The notes below the pieces were generated by a model, which saw nothing but the letters and a program-made list of their open reading frames with translations, searched no databases and was not told the DNA's origin. DNA of 63,171 nucleotides, counting the filler, from Basidiobolus ranarum (taxonomy: Eukaryota), in the NCBI GenBank assembly GCA_040143965.1. It is 38 parts of 38 records of this genome, joined end to end, with 100 filler letters (N's around TTAATTAATTAA, not from the genome) between each part and the next. Parts side by side here need not be neighbours in the genome. Positions count along the whole stretch, not along the records: positions 36,709 to 38,271 come from JASJQH010004831.1; positions 38,372 to 39,934 come from JASJQH010004832.1; positions 40,035 to 41,596 come from JASJQH010004833.1; positions 41,697 to 43,258 come from JASJQH010004834.1; positions 43,359 to 44,920 come from JASJQH010004835.1; positions 45,021 to 46,581 come from JASJQH010004836.1; positions 46,682 to 48,242 come from JASJQH010004837.1; positions 48,343 to 49,902 come from JASJQH010004838.1; 30 more parts are not named here. One strand, 5' to 3'. How positions within the stretch are numbered: position 1 is the stretch's first letter; each line of letters opens with the position of its first letter. Shown here one piece after another: positions 37,495-50,002 of the stretch. The translations under genes and the position numbers were made by a program.

Positions 37495-38271
37495 GTAGGT
37501 GGATCTTGACATAATGGGGGTAGACTTTGTATATTAGAAGCAACTTATGATTGTGTGTTTTTAGTTACTTTATTCTCAAGAGTATATGTTCACTTATATA
37601 GTAGAAAAGTAAATCAACTGTTTGAGACACTCAGGAGCTTGCATAATAAGGTATAATAGATAAGTGGGGGTAATAAGACATACTTGTTATATATAAAGAG
37701 ATATTCCTATTTAGAATATGGGGGCTATAGATACATTGCTTTCTGTTTCTGATATATGTATCATAACTAAAGTTAACTATGATGTTGAATAAAGATTAAT
37801 TATCCAACACCTTCCCTTAATTCTTATTCTGCATTGTGCTTATATTCACAAATGCCTATTCCTGCACTTAACTTCTCAAAGCTTGAAGTTTTGAGTGGTT
37901 TTGTTGATATATCTGCAAGCATGTTTTCAGTATTACAATCAATAAAGCCCACTTTTTGTCTTGAACTTTCTCTTGTATAAAATGATGTCTTACATCAATA
38001 TGTATCATCTTTGAGTGATGCTCAGGTTTTTTGGTGACCCAAATGCAACTAATATTATCTTGATATATTGGGGTAGGATTAACTTGATCATATCCTGGTT
38101 CCTTGAGAAGACTCCTTAGCCATATAGCTTCTTGAAAAGCCATAGAGCTTGCCATATATTTTGCTTCTGTAGTTGATAATGCAACATTTTGCTATTTCTT
38201 ACTAATTGAGCTTATTGGCCCACCTGCTGGCTTAATCACAAATCCAGGTCAGGCCATCCAGTCTTCTTTAT
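37495..38271 (-). mobile_element. Copia RNase H remnant followed by a family B 3' LTR
   Basis: QEAIWLRSLLKE...IYQDNISCI...HIDVRHHFIQE; LTR at about 37495-37850. Confidence 0.8.
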
Positions 38272-38371
38272 NNNNNNNNNNNNNNNNNNNNNNNNNNNNN
38301 NNNNNNNNNNNNNNNTTAATTAATTAANNNNNNNNNNNNNNNNNNNNNNNNNNNNNNNNNNNNNNNNNNNN

Positions 38372-39934
38372 CAGGTCTGGTCAAGCAACACTTGCCAATC
38401 AACTATGGTGAAAGTGTAACAAAACCAATACACACCAGCTTGCTATGAATGGATTGAACTCTTTACTCCTCAATAATCAAAGCTCCTTTCTTTACTGTGA
38501 GTGTATACAAGTGGACTAATGCTTGCCAATAACAAAGAGTCAATACTAAAACCATTGTTTCTTCTTCATATTCTGATATTCTGCAATCAGTACAGGAATA
38601 ACATCTAGCAGCATGCCCTCAAAGTTTTCAAGACCTACTGTTTGCCCAAAGTTGCATTTCAACCTACATCATTCTGGTCATATGACTATGTTAACTCCAT
38701 TGTACCTTGAAATTCTGCAGTGTTACCAAAACTTTGAGGAAAAGCAAAGCTAGTGGACTCAGTAGGCAAAACTAAAGTTGTTTTGTGAATGTATTACTGT
38801 TGATATTCATCAGGCTTTGTTCAGCTGGTGGCTTTATAGAATGACCTTGTTCTTTTTCTTGATCTGCAAAAATATTATAAGATAGCAGTTGATATGTTCT
38901 TCCTACTGATTATGTGCAAGATAGCAACGGAACATTTCTAACACTACACTGTGCTTCTGATTATTTTTTCTATGAATCATCTGGCTTTTATAGCACAAAA
39001 ATATGTGACAATCATAGCAGGGTTTCTTTAAACATCTGTGTTGTCACATGAGAAGGATATTGTAGAAAAAAGTACACCTCCTATGTTGTATATTAGGTGT
39101 ATCCCATTGATAGTTTCTCTTGATGTTGAGAGGATGTCACAGATGAGTCATCAAGGGATTTACACCATATTTCCAGTAATGGATGCCAATTTTGGTTTAT
39201 AATAAGCTGTTTCTAAGCACTATTGGCAACAACAAGTTTACCATCTGAAGTTTTTGATGCCATCTAAAAAGTGTTCAAAACATAAATCACAGTTGGCTTC
39301 CAAGCAAAAGCCTGCTGGAACAAAGTGAAAAAGCCCAGCAAGAACAGAGGACTTTCTTTAGGAGCAGTCTTTCAAGCCATTATCCAGTTTGGAAGGCATT
39401 AACATGGTGGAAACTAACTCAAGTAAGGCTGAAGTGTTAATCAATTTACCAGATGTGTTCCCTTCCAGTCATGGTGCAAGTAAGGGGACTATAATCCCCT
39501 CATTTTGTAATAAATCAAGAGTTGAGCACAGTTGAACTGTAACACTGTCAAGACCATCAACTTCTAAAATGGCTACTTTGCCAACTATGGATCACCTCCC
39601 AGTAGAGAGTTTGGATAGAATTATTACAACCAGGGAATCTCAGGCAGAACACCAAAATGCCCTAATAGAAATTTGAGGTTTGTTATTGTAGGAAAACCAT
39701 CACATTTTTAATCTATTTGGGACAGATCACTTACTTACCATCATAAAATTGTCAAGTTAGATTTGATTTTAATCAATGTTTTCAGTTTCAGAAGTGAAAT
39801 TTCAAGATCTTGCAAATTAGTTGTGCATCATTGGCTACAATCTCAGAGAACTATGGATCAACACATGTGCAAAATGCATAACTCAAATTTTACACAATTA
39901 CCACTAGAACACTAATTTGTCACTTTTGAATTCC
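38372..39934. mobile_element. CACTA central region showing divergent transposase (-) and ORF2 (+) starts, then a nested left end at 39660
   Basis: Transposase N-terminus ends near 39050 (minus), the ORF2 homologue starts near 39255 (plus), and ccctaatagaaatttgagg begins at 39660. Confidence 0.75.
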
Positions 39935-40034
39935 NNNNNNNNNNNNNNNNNNNNNNNNNNNNNNNNNNNNNNNNNNNNTTAATTAATTAANNNNNNNNNN
40001 NNNNNNNNNNNNNNNNNNNNNNNNNNNNNNNNNN

Positions 40035-41596
40035 CATCTTGAAAAGATTTCTTCCTGATAAGTATTGGCAACATTGGGAGTTGTTTGTGGATATTGACAA
40101 TATATTGTTACGGCATCAACTCACATTGGCAGATCTCAGGCAGATACAGCTACTATGCAAAGATTTGTAATTGGCCAAGAAAAACTTTATTACAGGTTCA
40201 AAGAAGATAGACTGAATCTATGCCAGTATTCAATACATTCCCTGCTGCATCTTTCTCAATGCTTGGAGATTATAGGTCCTTACTCTATATTCTGGGAGTT
40301 CCCAATGGAGTGCACCTGTGGCAAAATGATGCTCCATGTGAAGCATCAGTATTACCATACACAAATATGATTAATAATGTATCTGCAAAATCTGTGATGG
40401 ATGTAATGCAATGGGTTTTGTAGACTCTAGAGTATATTAACTTCCAACCAAGGGCTCTTTTCAATGTTCTCACAGGTCTTTGCATTGTTTGAGAACAACA
40501 ATAGCAACAAAGCCCAATCCATGGACACAGAGTGAGTACCTCTCTAATTTGGACTAATTTGTTTGTATGATAGTATGATAGTACTTCTAGCAAAGCTTCA
40601 TGACAGACTTCTTGGTGAGATTGATGGAGATAGACAGTATTATTGTTTTAGCCATGGGGTAATCTATTTAAGCAATGACACACCTACTGGTAGAAGGACA
40701 TTTGTTGACTGCAAGTTAGGGATATACAGGCTGAATTCTTTACAGAAATTTGCCAAAATCCAAGAGCTTATTCTCATTGTGAGCCGTATCAAGAGTCAGT
40801 TATTTGCCAAGTCTCAGAGCTATTAAAAGTCTCAGATGTTTAGCAATTTTTCCATGGTTAGTTTGCAGGTAAAGCAAATTGATGTTGTTGAGTTATGTCT
40901 GATCAGTCAAGTATGTGCATATGTAGAGACTAAACACAATAAGATTCCTATATTTTTTGATTCACATTATGGCTGGAACACAAAGCCTAAAATATCTAAG
41001 TAAAGGCATGCATAATAATTCAAATTCCTGCAGTAAACCCAGTAATTTGCCATTTGAAAAATGATATTTTGCAAAAATTGCTGGAAATAATAACACATTC
41101 CAAATATGAGGATCAATTTTTAACATGTAAGAATACTGTCAGAATACCATCAAGAAACAACCATCCAAATCCCTGTCAGAATGCAAGCCACCAATATTGT
41201 GATGGTTCTCTGACAGTTTTGCAATTTAGAAGGGTAGATCCAATCCAGATCAAATCAACTTTATTTTTCTTAGGAATAAAATAATCATAAGCACAGTCAC
41301 TGCACAAAGCCACCAGCTGCACAAAACCTGTTAAATATTGATAATAATAAGTGCACAAAAACAGCTTTTGTTTTCCACAAAGCATCCACTGGCTGTGCTT
41401 TACCTCAAAGTTTTGCTACCACTACGGAAAGTCAAAATGTCATTGAGTTACCAAAGTTATATGACCAACATGATATAGGTAGAAATATGACTGTTGTTGT
41501 TTCAGTAAGTTCAGAATACTTTGAGGTCATGCTGCTGGTTGTTGACCTTGGCTATTCCAGTCCCTCTGGTAGAATATCATAAGAAGAAGAAAAAGG
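40035..41596 (+). mobile_element. CACTA transposase C-terminal half (DUF4218-like) running to the right terminus (about 41274)
   Basis: LYYRFKEDRLNLCQYSIHSLLHLSQCLEIIGPYSIFWEFPMECTCG matches the H.L.HL...GP....W.FP.ER motif. Confidence 0.85.
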
Positions 41597-41696
41597 NNNN
41601 NNNNNNNNNNNNNNNNNNNNNNNNNNNNNNNNNNNNNNNNTTAATTAATTAANNNNNNNNNNNNNNNNNNNNNNNNNNNNNNNNNNNNNNNNNNNN

Positions 41697-42241
41697 ATTG
41701 TGGTGGGATAGTGCCATATTGTTCCTTATAGTGTCCGATTGAGTGTTATAGGACCCAGCCATGGTAATTGACAGATCACGCCAGATGGTGTACTAGCAGG
41801 CTGGATCGAGCAGCATGATCTTACCTGGTCTGATGGAACAAGTCTAATGTTAATACAATGGTGGACTTTGATGGAGATATTGATACAAACTTGGGTTGTT
41901 TATGAGCTAAACTTTGGGTTTAAAGAACTTAAAAAAAATATTCAGGAGAATATATCAAAGAAACTAGGAATTTCAAAGGTGACAAATTAGTGTTCAAGTG
42001 GTAAATGTGTAAAATTTGAGTTATGTTCTTTGCACATGTCTGGATCCATAGTTCTCCAATATTGTAGCCAATCATGTGCAACTATTTTGCAAGATCTAGA
42101 AATTTCACTCCCGAGACTGAAAAAATTGATTAAAATCCTATTTAACTTGACAATTTATGAAGGTAAGTAAACAGTCAATCCCAATGGGATTAAAATTGTG
42201 AAGGTTCTCCTACCATAACAATCCTCAAATTTCTGTTAGGG
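41697..42241 (-). mobile_element. ISL2EU-like terminus (to 41844) inserted at TA into a CACTA left end (terminus 42241)
   Basis: gatggaacaagtc|ta followed by the reverse complement of the CACTA left end ending ttctgttaggg. Confidence 0.7.
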
Positions 42242-42339
42242 TCACTGAGTTTACCATGGAGTTAGTTTGCTCAGATTTTCTATTAGACTTTTCTTACATG
42301 TTGTTCCTGATTCTTGCTACAGATTTGCATGTCATCCAA

Positions 42340-43130
42340 GTAAGTAATGACAAGCTGGTCTAAACACTTGGCAAAGACATTCTACATTATTGTCATACAG
42401 GTAGCTGATGCATTGGTTAGCCCAAAACCTATGAAAAGATATTGTTAGTGTCCATATCCTGACCTAAACGCAGTCATAGGTATATCTTCCAGTCACACTG
42501 GAATATGTTTTAGCTAGACAAAAGATTGATTGTGTTAAAATATTTGGCTCTATTAAGTTGCTCCTGTAGCTCATCTATCACAGTGATAGGATATTTGTTC
42601 TCATGCTGACTGAGCTCAGTGCTCAATAATTAATACACATTCTTAGGGAACATCTTTGTTCTGAACAAACTAGACTAGCACTCCCCATGCTGGCTTACTG
42701 TATTTTATATACACTTGCTCTAAAAGTTGGTTTATCTGCTTCTTAAGTTCTTGTAGCTCCAAGGGACTCCTACAGTTAGGTGCTTTGCTCACAGGTTCAC
42801 TATCTCCTGTATCAATTACACAGTCTACTTCTCTGGCAGGTAGAAGTCCTGTCAATTCCTATGGGAATATTTCACATTACTCCCACAGCATTTCTGTCAC
42901 CACTTTTGGGATATACTTTGCCTCCTTCTCCTGCAATACAGCAATTGGAGACATCTCTAGATATTTCCTGACTGTTTTGCTGAACTGGCCCTTACTGGGA
43001 GATATAGAGTTCTTCAAACTGGTTTTGAAAAAGTTATGCTACATTTTGACTAGGGTATGCTGATAAGCATAGCCTTCTTCTTTGACAGTAATAATGTGGG
43101 TTCCCAAATCATTTCTCGGATTAGGCTCAA
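42340..43130 (-). mobile_element. Ty3/gypsy pol (reverse transcriptase N-terminal part) remnant
   Basis: GLLPAREVDCVIDTGDSEPVSKAP..RSPLELQELKKQINQLLEQ..SKPAWG; downstream NKYP, EDIP.TAF and GLTNA motifs in broken frames. Confidence 0.8.
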
Positions 43131-43358
43131 ATACCCTAACAGAAATTTGAGGATTGTTATTGTAGGAAAACTGTCACAATTTTAATCCATTTGGGGTTGC
43201 CCATTAACTTACTGTCATAAAATTGTCAAATTAGATTTGATTTTAATCCATTTTTTCTNNNNNNNNNNNNNNNNNNNNNNNNNNNNNNNNNNNNNNNNNN
43301 NNTTAATTAATTAANNNNNNNNNNNNNNNNNNNNNNNNNNNNNNNNNNNNNNNNNNNN

Positions 43359-44920
43359 CACCAAAACCATCAGAGAATTTTTACAATGTTGGTGGCTTCC
43401 ATTCTGCCAGGGATTGTAATGGTGAAAAGGTGGCTTCTTGATGGTGTCCTGACAGTTTTCATACATGGTAGAGTACTGTTCCTCATATTTGGCATGCTTT
43501 ATTTAATTTCCAACAATTCTTTCAAAAAATCAATTTTCAAATGGCAAATTACTGGGTTTACTGCTAAATGTATTCAAATTGATATGCATACCTTTATGTA
43601 AATATTCTAGGCTTTGTATTCCAGCCATAATGAGAATCAAAAAATACAAGGATCTTGTTATGTTTAGTCCCTAAATATGCACATACTTGACTAATCAGAC
43701 ATAACTCAACAACATCAATATGCTTTACCAACAAACTAATGGTGGAAAAATTGCTAAACAATTGAAATTTTGAATAGCACCAACACTTGGCAAATAGCTC
43801 ACTCTTGTTACCATTCACAATGAGAATAAGCTCATGAATTTTGGCAAATTTCTGTAAAGAATTAGGCCAAAATATTCCCATCTTGCAGTCTCCAAATGCA
43901 CTGGAATCCCTGACAAAAAAAAAATTGATTTGATCCAGAGCAAATCCATCCTTATAAATTGCAAAATTGTCAGAGAACTGTCACAACATTGGTAGTTTGC
44001 ATTCTGCCAGGGATTTTAATGGTGTGACAGTGGTTTCTTGATGGTATTTTCACAATATTCATACATGTTAAAATATTCATCCTCATTTTGGCATGTGTTA
44101 TTAATTTCCAGCAATTTTTGCAAGAATATAATTTTTGAATGGCAAATTACTGGGTTTACTACTGTAGAAATTTAAATTAATGTAAATTCCTTTATTTAGA
44201 TATTTCCGGCTTTATTCCAGTTATAATGATAATCAAAAAATACAAGAATTGCATTGTGTCTAGTCTCTAGATATGCATACACTTAACTGATCAGACAAAA
44301 CTCAACAACATGAATATGCTCTAACAGCAAACTTACAGTGGAAAAACTGCCAAACATCTGAAATTTTGAATAGCACTGACACTTGGCAAGTAGCTGACTC
44401 TTGTTACCATTCACAATGAGAATAAGCTCTTGGATTTTGACAAATTTCTGTAAAGAATTCAGCCAATATTTCCTCAACTTGCAGTCAACACATGTTCTGC
44501 CACAACTGAATGTGTCATTGCTTGAATAGATTAACACATGGCTAAAACAATAATTCTGTGTATTTCAATCTATCTCACCAAGAAGTTTTATCTTGCAGCT
44601 TTCCTAGCAAAACTATCAGATTATTACACAATCAAGTTGGTCCAAATTGTAGAGATACTTACTCAGTGTCCATGGATTGGGCATTGTTGCTGTTACTGTG
44701 CTCAAACAATGCAAAAACCCATGAGCACATTAAAAAGAGCCCTTTGTTGGAAGGTTAATAAACTCTGGAGTCTCCTTAATCCATTGCATCACATCCATCA
44801 CTGACTTTACTGATACATTGTTAATCAGATTAGAATATGGTAATACTGACAATTTCACATTGAGCATCCTTTCACTGCAGGTGCACTCCATTGTGAACTC
44901 CCAGAATATATAGCAAGGGC
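43359..44920 (-). mobile_element. Two CACTA right ends with transposase 3' regions (second terminus at 43908)
   Basis: NSLQKFAKIHELILIVNGNKSELFAKC occurs twice; ccctgacaaaaaaaaaattg at 43908. Confidence 0.8.
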
Positions 44921-45020
44921 NNNNNNNNNNNNNNNNNNNNNNNNNNNNNNNNNNNNNNNNNNNNTTAATTAATTAANNNNNNNNNNNNNNNNNNNNNNNN
45001 NNNNNNNNNNNNNNNNNNNN

Positions 45021-45842
45021 ATCTTTACTGTTTAGTGCATCATGCAAAATTGATATGGATCATAGTTAAATATAGCATAAATCACTTTAGTTAGATAACA
45101 ATCACTTATGTGTTTATGTAACACTGATAGTGTGAAATTGTTGTATATCAAAAAAATCAATGATAGCCTATTAATTCAAGCAATTTCACTACAATCAAAT
45201 GAAAAATATCTGTCAATAAAAAGCTTGCGCAGCCGTATTGGCTTGATATGGCTCAATCCATTCACATTTTCACCCAATTAGAAGCTTACCTGATTGAATT
45301 AATAATTTGCTGATCTAAAAATGATGAATCAAGCAATCCTGATCACTACTATCATATTGCAGATCAATCCATCATCAAGTGCTGTGATTTGTCACTGGTG
45401 TGCCAAAACTACTGGTGCTTCATAATGCAGGAGCTGTTGTGCCCAATTGAAAATCAGGATACTGTGGTAGTGAGGGACAAATGATTGGCCTAAAAACATG
45501 TGAATGTCTTGGTTATACATTTGATTGGGTAAGTTACAGTATAAATAGCTTATTGCTACACATTCAGTAATCCATAAGTTACAAACCAGGGGATGAACTT
45601 ACTTTGTCAGTTACCCAAAATTGTAATTTGGCAATACTAAATCAGGTACTTGGTACAGGCTGGTACAATATCTCCAATATAATCTTTGTGTCTGATTGTG
45701 GTGAGATAGTGCCATATTGTTCCTTATAGTGTCTGATCAAGGGTTAAAGGACCCAGCCATGGTAATTGACAGCTTGTGCCAGATGATGTACTAGCAGGCT
45801 GGATCAAGTGGCACAATCTGACCTGGTCCAATGAAACAAGTC
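45021..45842 (-). mobile_element. ISL2EU-like element terminus and 5' region, inserted at TA into a copia
   Basis: Near-identical to 5240-6063; ends atgaaacaagtc|ta. Confidence 0.7.
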
Positions 45843-45844
45843 TA

Positions 45845-46581
45845 TAGCTCCAGATCTGGTTGAATTACAAAATGTAGTCCCAAAACCATCTTGTTTTTGG
45901 TTAAATTTCTCATATTTTCAGCTCCTAGATGACCCAATCTCCTAAGCCAGATTTTCCAGTCTATCTCTTCAGTGGTGGCAGTATTAACTTGTTCATATAT
46001 TGGCCCAATATAATGAAGTTTATACAAGTTATTTTGCTTAGCTCCAGAAGCTACATAATTCTCTTTTTGATCCCTGATTGTACAGCCATTTTGATAAAAA
46101 TTAAAGCTGTATCCCTCAGATGTAGCTTTACTCACTGATAACAAATATTTTGCTATCCTAGGCACATATAGCACATTTTTCAGTGTCAAATACATGTCCC
46201 CAGAGATGTCCCCAAGATCCACTTCAATATCTCCCACTCCCACAGCTTCTAGTGGCTGGCCATCTTCCATATAAACCTTCTTGTTTATGTCAGTTTTGAG
46301 TGTCTTAAACTAGTTTTTTTGATTATAGAAGTGTCAAGAGGCTCCAGAATCAATGTACCATGACTTAGAGTCTTGTTCAGTGGTCACTGATAGGGCAGAA
46401 ATTAATATAACTTCCTCTTTGAATGAGACCTGATTTGCTTGTTCTGACCTCTCATTTTTGTTGTAATTTCTTGATTTGCAATCTTTTAACTGCTATCTGT
46501 GTTTGTTACAACCAGAGAATAAGCCTGGTTTCCTTCTTTTGTAACCTTTGTACTTGCCAAAGCTACACTTTCCAGCTCCAA
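45845..46581 (-). mobile_element. Ty1/copia (further family) CCHC, protease and GAG-pre-integrase
   Basis: WYIDSGAS at about 46340-46362; LKNVLYVPRIAKYLLSVSK; WLRRLGHLG. Confidence 0.85.
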
Positions 46582-46681
46582 NNNNNNNNNNNNNNNNNNN
46601 NNNNNNNNNNNNNNNNNNNNNNNNNTTAATTAATTAANNNNNNNNNNNNNNNNNNNNNNNNNNNNNNNNNNNNNNNNNNNN

Positions 46682-47280
46682 GTGTTTGATGGAAGGGAGG
46701 TCTGAAAGTAGATGAGGAAGGAGAGAAGAAAGGAGCCATATTTCTTTGTTGTTGTCTTTCAAACAACTGGTTGTCACATTTAACTGCCTGATGGATTGCA
46801 TCAGTCAAGGTCAATGGGTCAGCCGTTGTGAGTAAAAGATCCTTAATATTGTCTTGGAGTCCATATTGAAATATGTTGATCTGGCCAGATTCTCCCCAAT
46901 TGAGATAACAGGCAAGAAGGCAGAATTCCCCAGCATAAGTTTATTCAGGCCTTGACCCTTGTTGAAGCACACGGAGATTGGTGGCTGAAGTATGTTCCTT
47001 ATCTGCATTTCTAAATGTGGCTTGTAGTTCAGCAAGAAAGGCAAGGAAGTTTGAAAGTAGTGGAGATTCACTTTCCATCAGATGAGCAAACCAAGATAGA
47101 GCTGTGCCTGATAATAGTGTTCCCACTATGGCCTACTTTTGTTTGGTCAGCGGGGTAGCAATGGGGATGTAACTGGATGATGAGTTTGACTTGGTTAATA
47201 AAAACACAATAGTTTTGGCAAGAGCCATCAAACTTATTTGGTAAGGAGATCTTGGGTTCAGGAGTTGGAATTGCAGGATA
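46682..47280 (-). mobile_element. Ty3/gypsy gag (Retrotrans_gag, PEG10-like) remnant
   Basis: EPKISLPNKFDGS, GTLLSGTALSWF..L..ESPLLSNFLAFLAELQATF and LTDAIHQAVKCDNQLFER. Confidence 0.8.
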
Positions 47281-47285
47281 GTTGG

Positions 47286-48242
47286 TATTGGGAAAATATT
47301 GGCCGTTTGGAGGAACTCTAGAAAAGTGGAGTTGTTAATGGCTTTGTGACATACTTATTTATTGTCCAGATATGAACCATTTATACAATTTGGTGGAAAT
47401 ACAGAAAACTAAAACTGGGGTTGTGATCAGAACATCTGTAGGAGTAAAATGAACAACCTTTGGGGCAATTAGGATGAGTTTGATATTTCCAATATGGAAT
47501 TGCTAATTCTCACATAATTCACATATTTATATAACCTGTGTTCCAATTTTCAGTTGAATGATATTTGACTAAGTAATGTTAGCTAACTTATATGTGATAT
47601 ATGAAATAGTCAGGTGTATAAAGATAGAGATAACAAATATGATAAAGATAATGAACTTCAACACTCCCACTCAACTAAATATCCATATATCTTAATCCTA
47701 ACTTAAATCTTAATTCTTCAAATTTTGGCTTGGGTAATGGTTTGGTAGAGATGCCAGCAAACATGTCCTCAGTTAGACAGTACTCTAGTTGGACACGCTC
47801 AAATTACAATAGCTTCCCTAACAAAATGATGTTGAATGTCAATGTGCTTACTTCTAGCATGAAATTTGGGATTTTTAGCTTATAAAATACAAATTTGATT
47901 TTCCTTGAAAGTTATGGTGGATGAACTTTGAAAAATGCTAAGTTTGTGAACAATTTCTTTAACTACATAGCTCCTTTATTGTATGTGATGCTTCCATGTA
48001 CTCTGCTTCAGTTGTTGAAAGTGCTATGTTGGGTTTTTTCTTGCTATTACAAGATATGGCTGCTTCACTCTACAGAAAGGTATATCCAGTGATAGATCTT
48101 GTGTCCTCAATATCACATCCCCAGTCTACATCACTAAACCCAATTAGATCATTATTCTCATAACAAATGTGTATCTTAATCACAGAGCAATTGTCTCCTT
48201 CAAATAGCTGAAAATGCACTTAACTGCTGCATAATGCTCAGA
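47286..48242 (-). mobile_element. Copia family C 3' end: RT/RNase H remnant, PPT and 3' LTR (47286-47663), inserted into the gypsy gag
   Basis: STTEAEYMEAS and HARSKHIDIQHHFVRE motifs; PPT gagtgggag immediately before tgttgaag. Confidence 0.8.
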
Positions 48243-48342
48243 NNNNNNNNNNNNNNNNNNNNNNNNNNNNNNNNNNNNNNNNNNNNTTAATTAATTAANN
48301 NNNNNNNNNNNNNNNNNNNNNNNNNNNNNNNNNNNNNNNNNN

Positions 48343-48888
48343 ATGAATAATTTGCTGATCTAAAAATGATGAATCAAGCAATCCTGATCACTAATATCAT
48401 ACTGCAGATTGATCCATCAACAAGTACTGTGATTTGTCACCTGTGTGCCAAAGCTACTGGTGTTTTGTAATGCAGGAGCTGTTGTGCCCAATTGAAAATC
48501 AGGATACTTTGTTAGTGAGGGACACATGATTGGCCTAAAAACATGTGAATATCTTGGTTAAACATTTGATTGGGTAAAATACAGTATAAATTGCTTATTG
48601 TTACATATTCAGTAATTTGTAAGTTACAAACTAGGGGATGAACTTGCTTTGTCAGTTCCCCAAAATTGTAATTTGGCAATACTAAATCCGGTAACTTGGT
48701 ATGGGTTGGCACAATATCTCCAATAAAATAATCATGTCCAATTTTGGAGTGATAGTGCCATATTGTTCCTTATAGTGTCCAATCAAGTATTATAGGACCC
48801 AGCCATGGTAATTGACAGATCATGCCAGATGGTGTACTAGCAGGCTGGATCAAGTGGCACAATCTGATCTGGTCTGATGTAACAAGTC
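48343..48888 (-). mobile_element. ISL2EU-like terminus inserted at TA into CACTA ORF2
   Basis: Ends aacaagtc|ta; CACTA ORF2 sequence follows (48891-49346). Confidence 0.7.
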
Positions 48889-49348
48889 TATTATGGTGTT
48901 CTGCATGCAATTACCTTGTTGTCATAATTTTATCCAAATTTTCTGTGTAGGGTTGTTCAATAGTGGGTAAAGTAGCCATTTTAGAAGTCAATGGTCTTGA
49001 CAGTATTTTGATTGAACTTTGCTTAACTATTGATGTACTATGTAATTGGGAGGCTACAATCTCTCACTTGCACCATTGCTGGAAAGGTACACATCTGGTA
49101 AACTAATTAATGTTTCTTCATTACCTGAGTTAGTTTCTGGTATATTAATTTCTTCCAAAGTGGATAATGGAGTGCTAAACTGCTCATCAACTAAGTCCTT
49201 TCTTCTTGCTGGTTTCTTTCCTTTTGTGCTAACAGGATCTGGTTTGGAAGCTGATTTTGATTTAGATTATAGATGCTTTTTGAATGGCATTGAAATTTTT
49301 GGATGGTAAGCTTGGTGTAATGAAATTGCTTAGACACCGCTTATAATA

Positions 49349-49902
49349 GACTTGTTCCATTTTGTTGAGCCAGATCAGGCCAGCTAAAAAGTGTGCCAGC
49401 ACAAATTGGCATGATTGGGCACTATCCAGCACAATGTTATTTACTGTTTTGGAAACAGTTTATTTTACTTTTGTGGTATATTCAAGAAAAGTACTTTTAG
49501 ACATTGTTGCACATTCAAAAGATGATGGAAGCTTTATTCATAGTGTCTTAAGTCTAGAGCTCTCAATGGATATCTCTGAGTATGGATGTATTGAGAATTA
49601 ATCAAGATATTGACTACTTTGCCTGACTTTGATTGAGGCCCACAAAATGATTTTCCTCTATACTTTCCTGCTAAAATGCTATATCTCTTTAGGAAACCTA
49701 AGCTATGTTCTACTCTTGCTCTAAAATAAGAAAAAATGTCATTATAAAGCTTTTGCCTCTCTGTGTGTATCCCTCCTCTGGGCCTCTTGTAAGCAGTGAC
49801 ACATCCTAGCCTTCTGCATTCTTCCCCAACATATGCTAAATCAGCCATAGTCTTCTCATATCTTACAAATGGTGCATGCCTCTCAACCCAAAGCCTTTTG
49901 TC
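49349..49902 (-). mobile_element. ISL2EU/IS5-like DDE transposase C-terminus (49534-49902) and opposite terminus
   Basis: ADLAYVG...TAYKRPRGG..TERQKLYNDIFSYFRARVEHSLGFLKRYSIL is a DDE_Tnp_4 signature. Terminus TA|GACTTGTTCCAT at 49349. Confidence 0.8.
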
Positions 49903-50002
49903 NNNNNNNNNNNNNNNNNNNNNNNNNNNNNNNNNNNNNNNNNNNNTTAATTAATTAANNNNNNNNNNNNNNNNNNNNNNNNNNNNNNNNNNNNNNNNNN
50001 NN

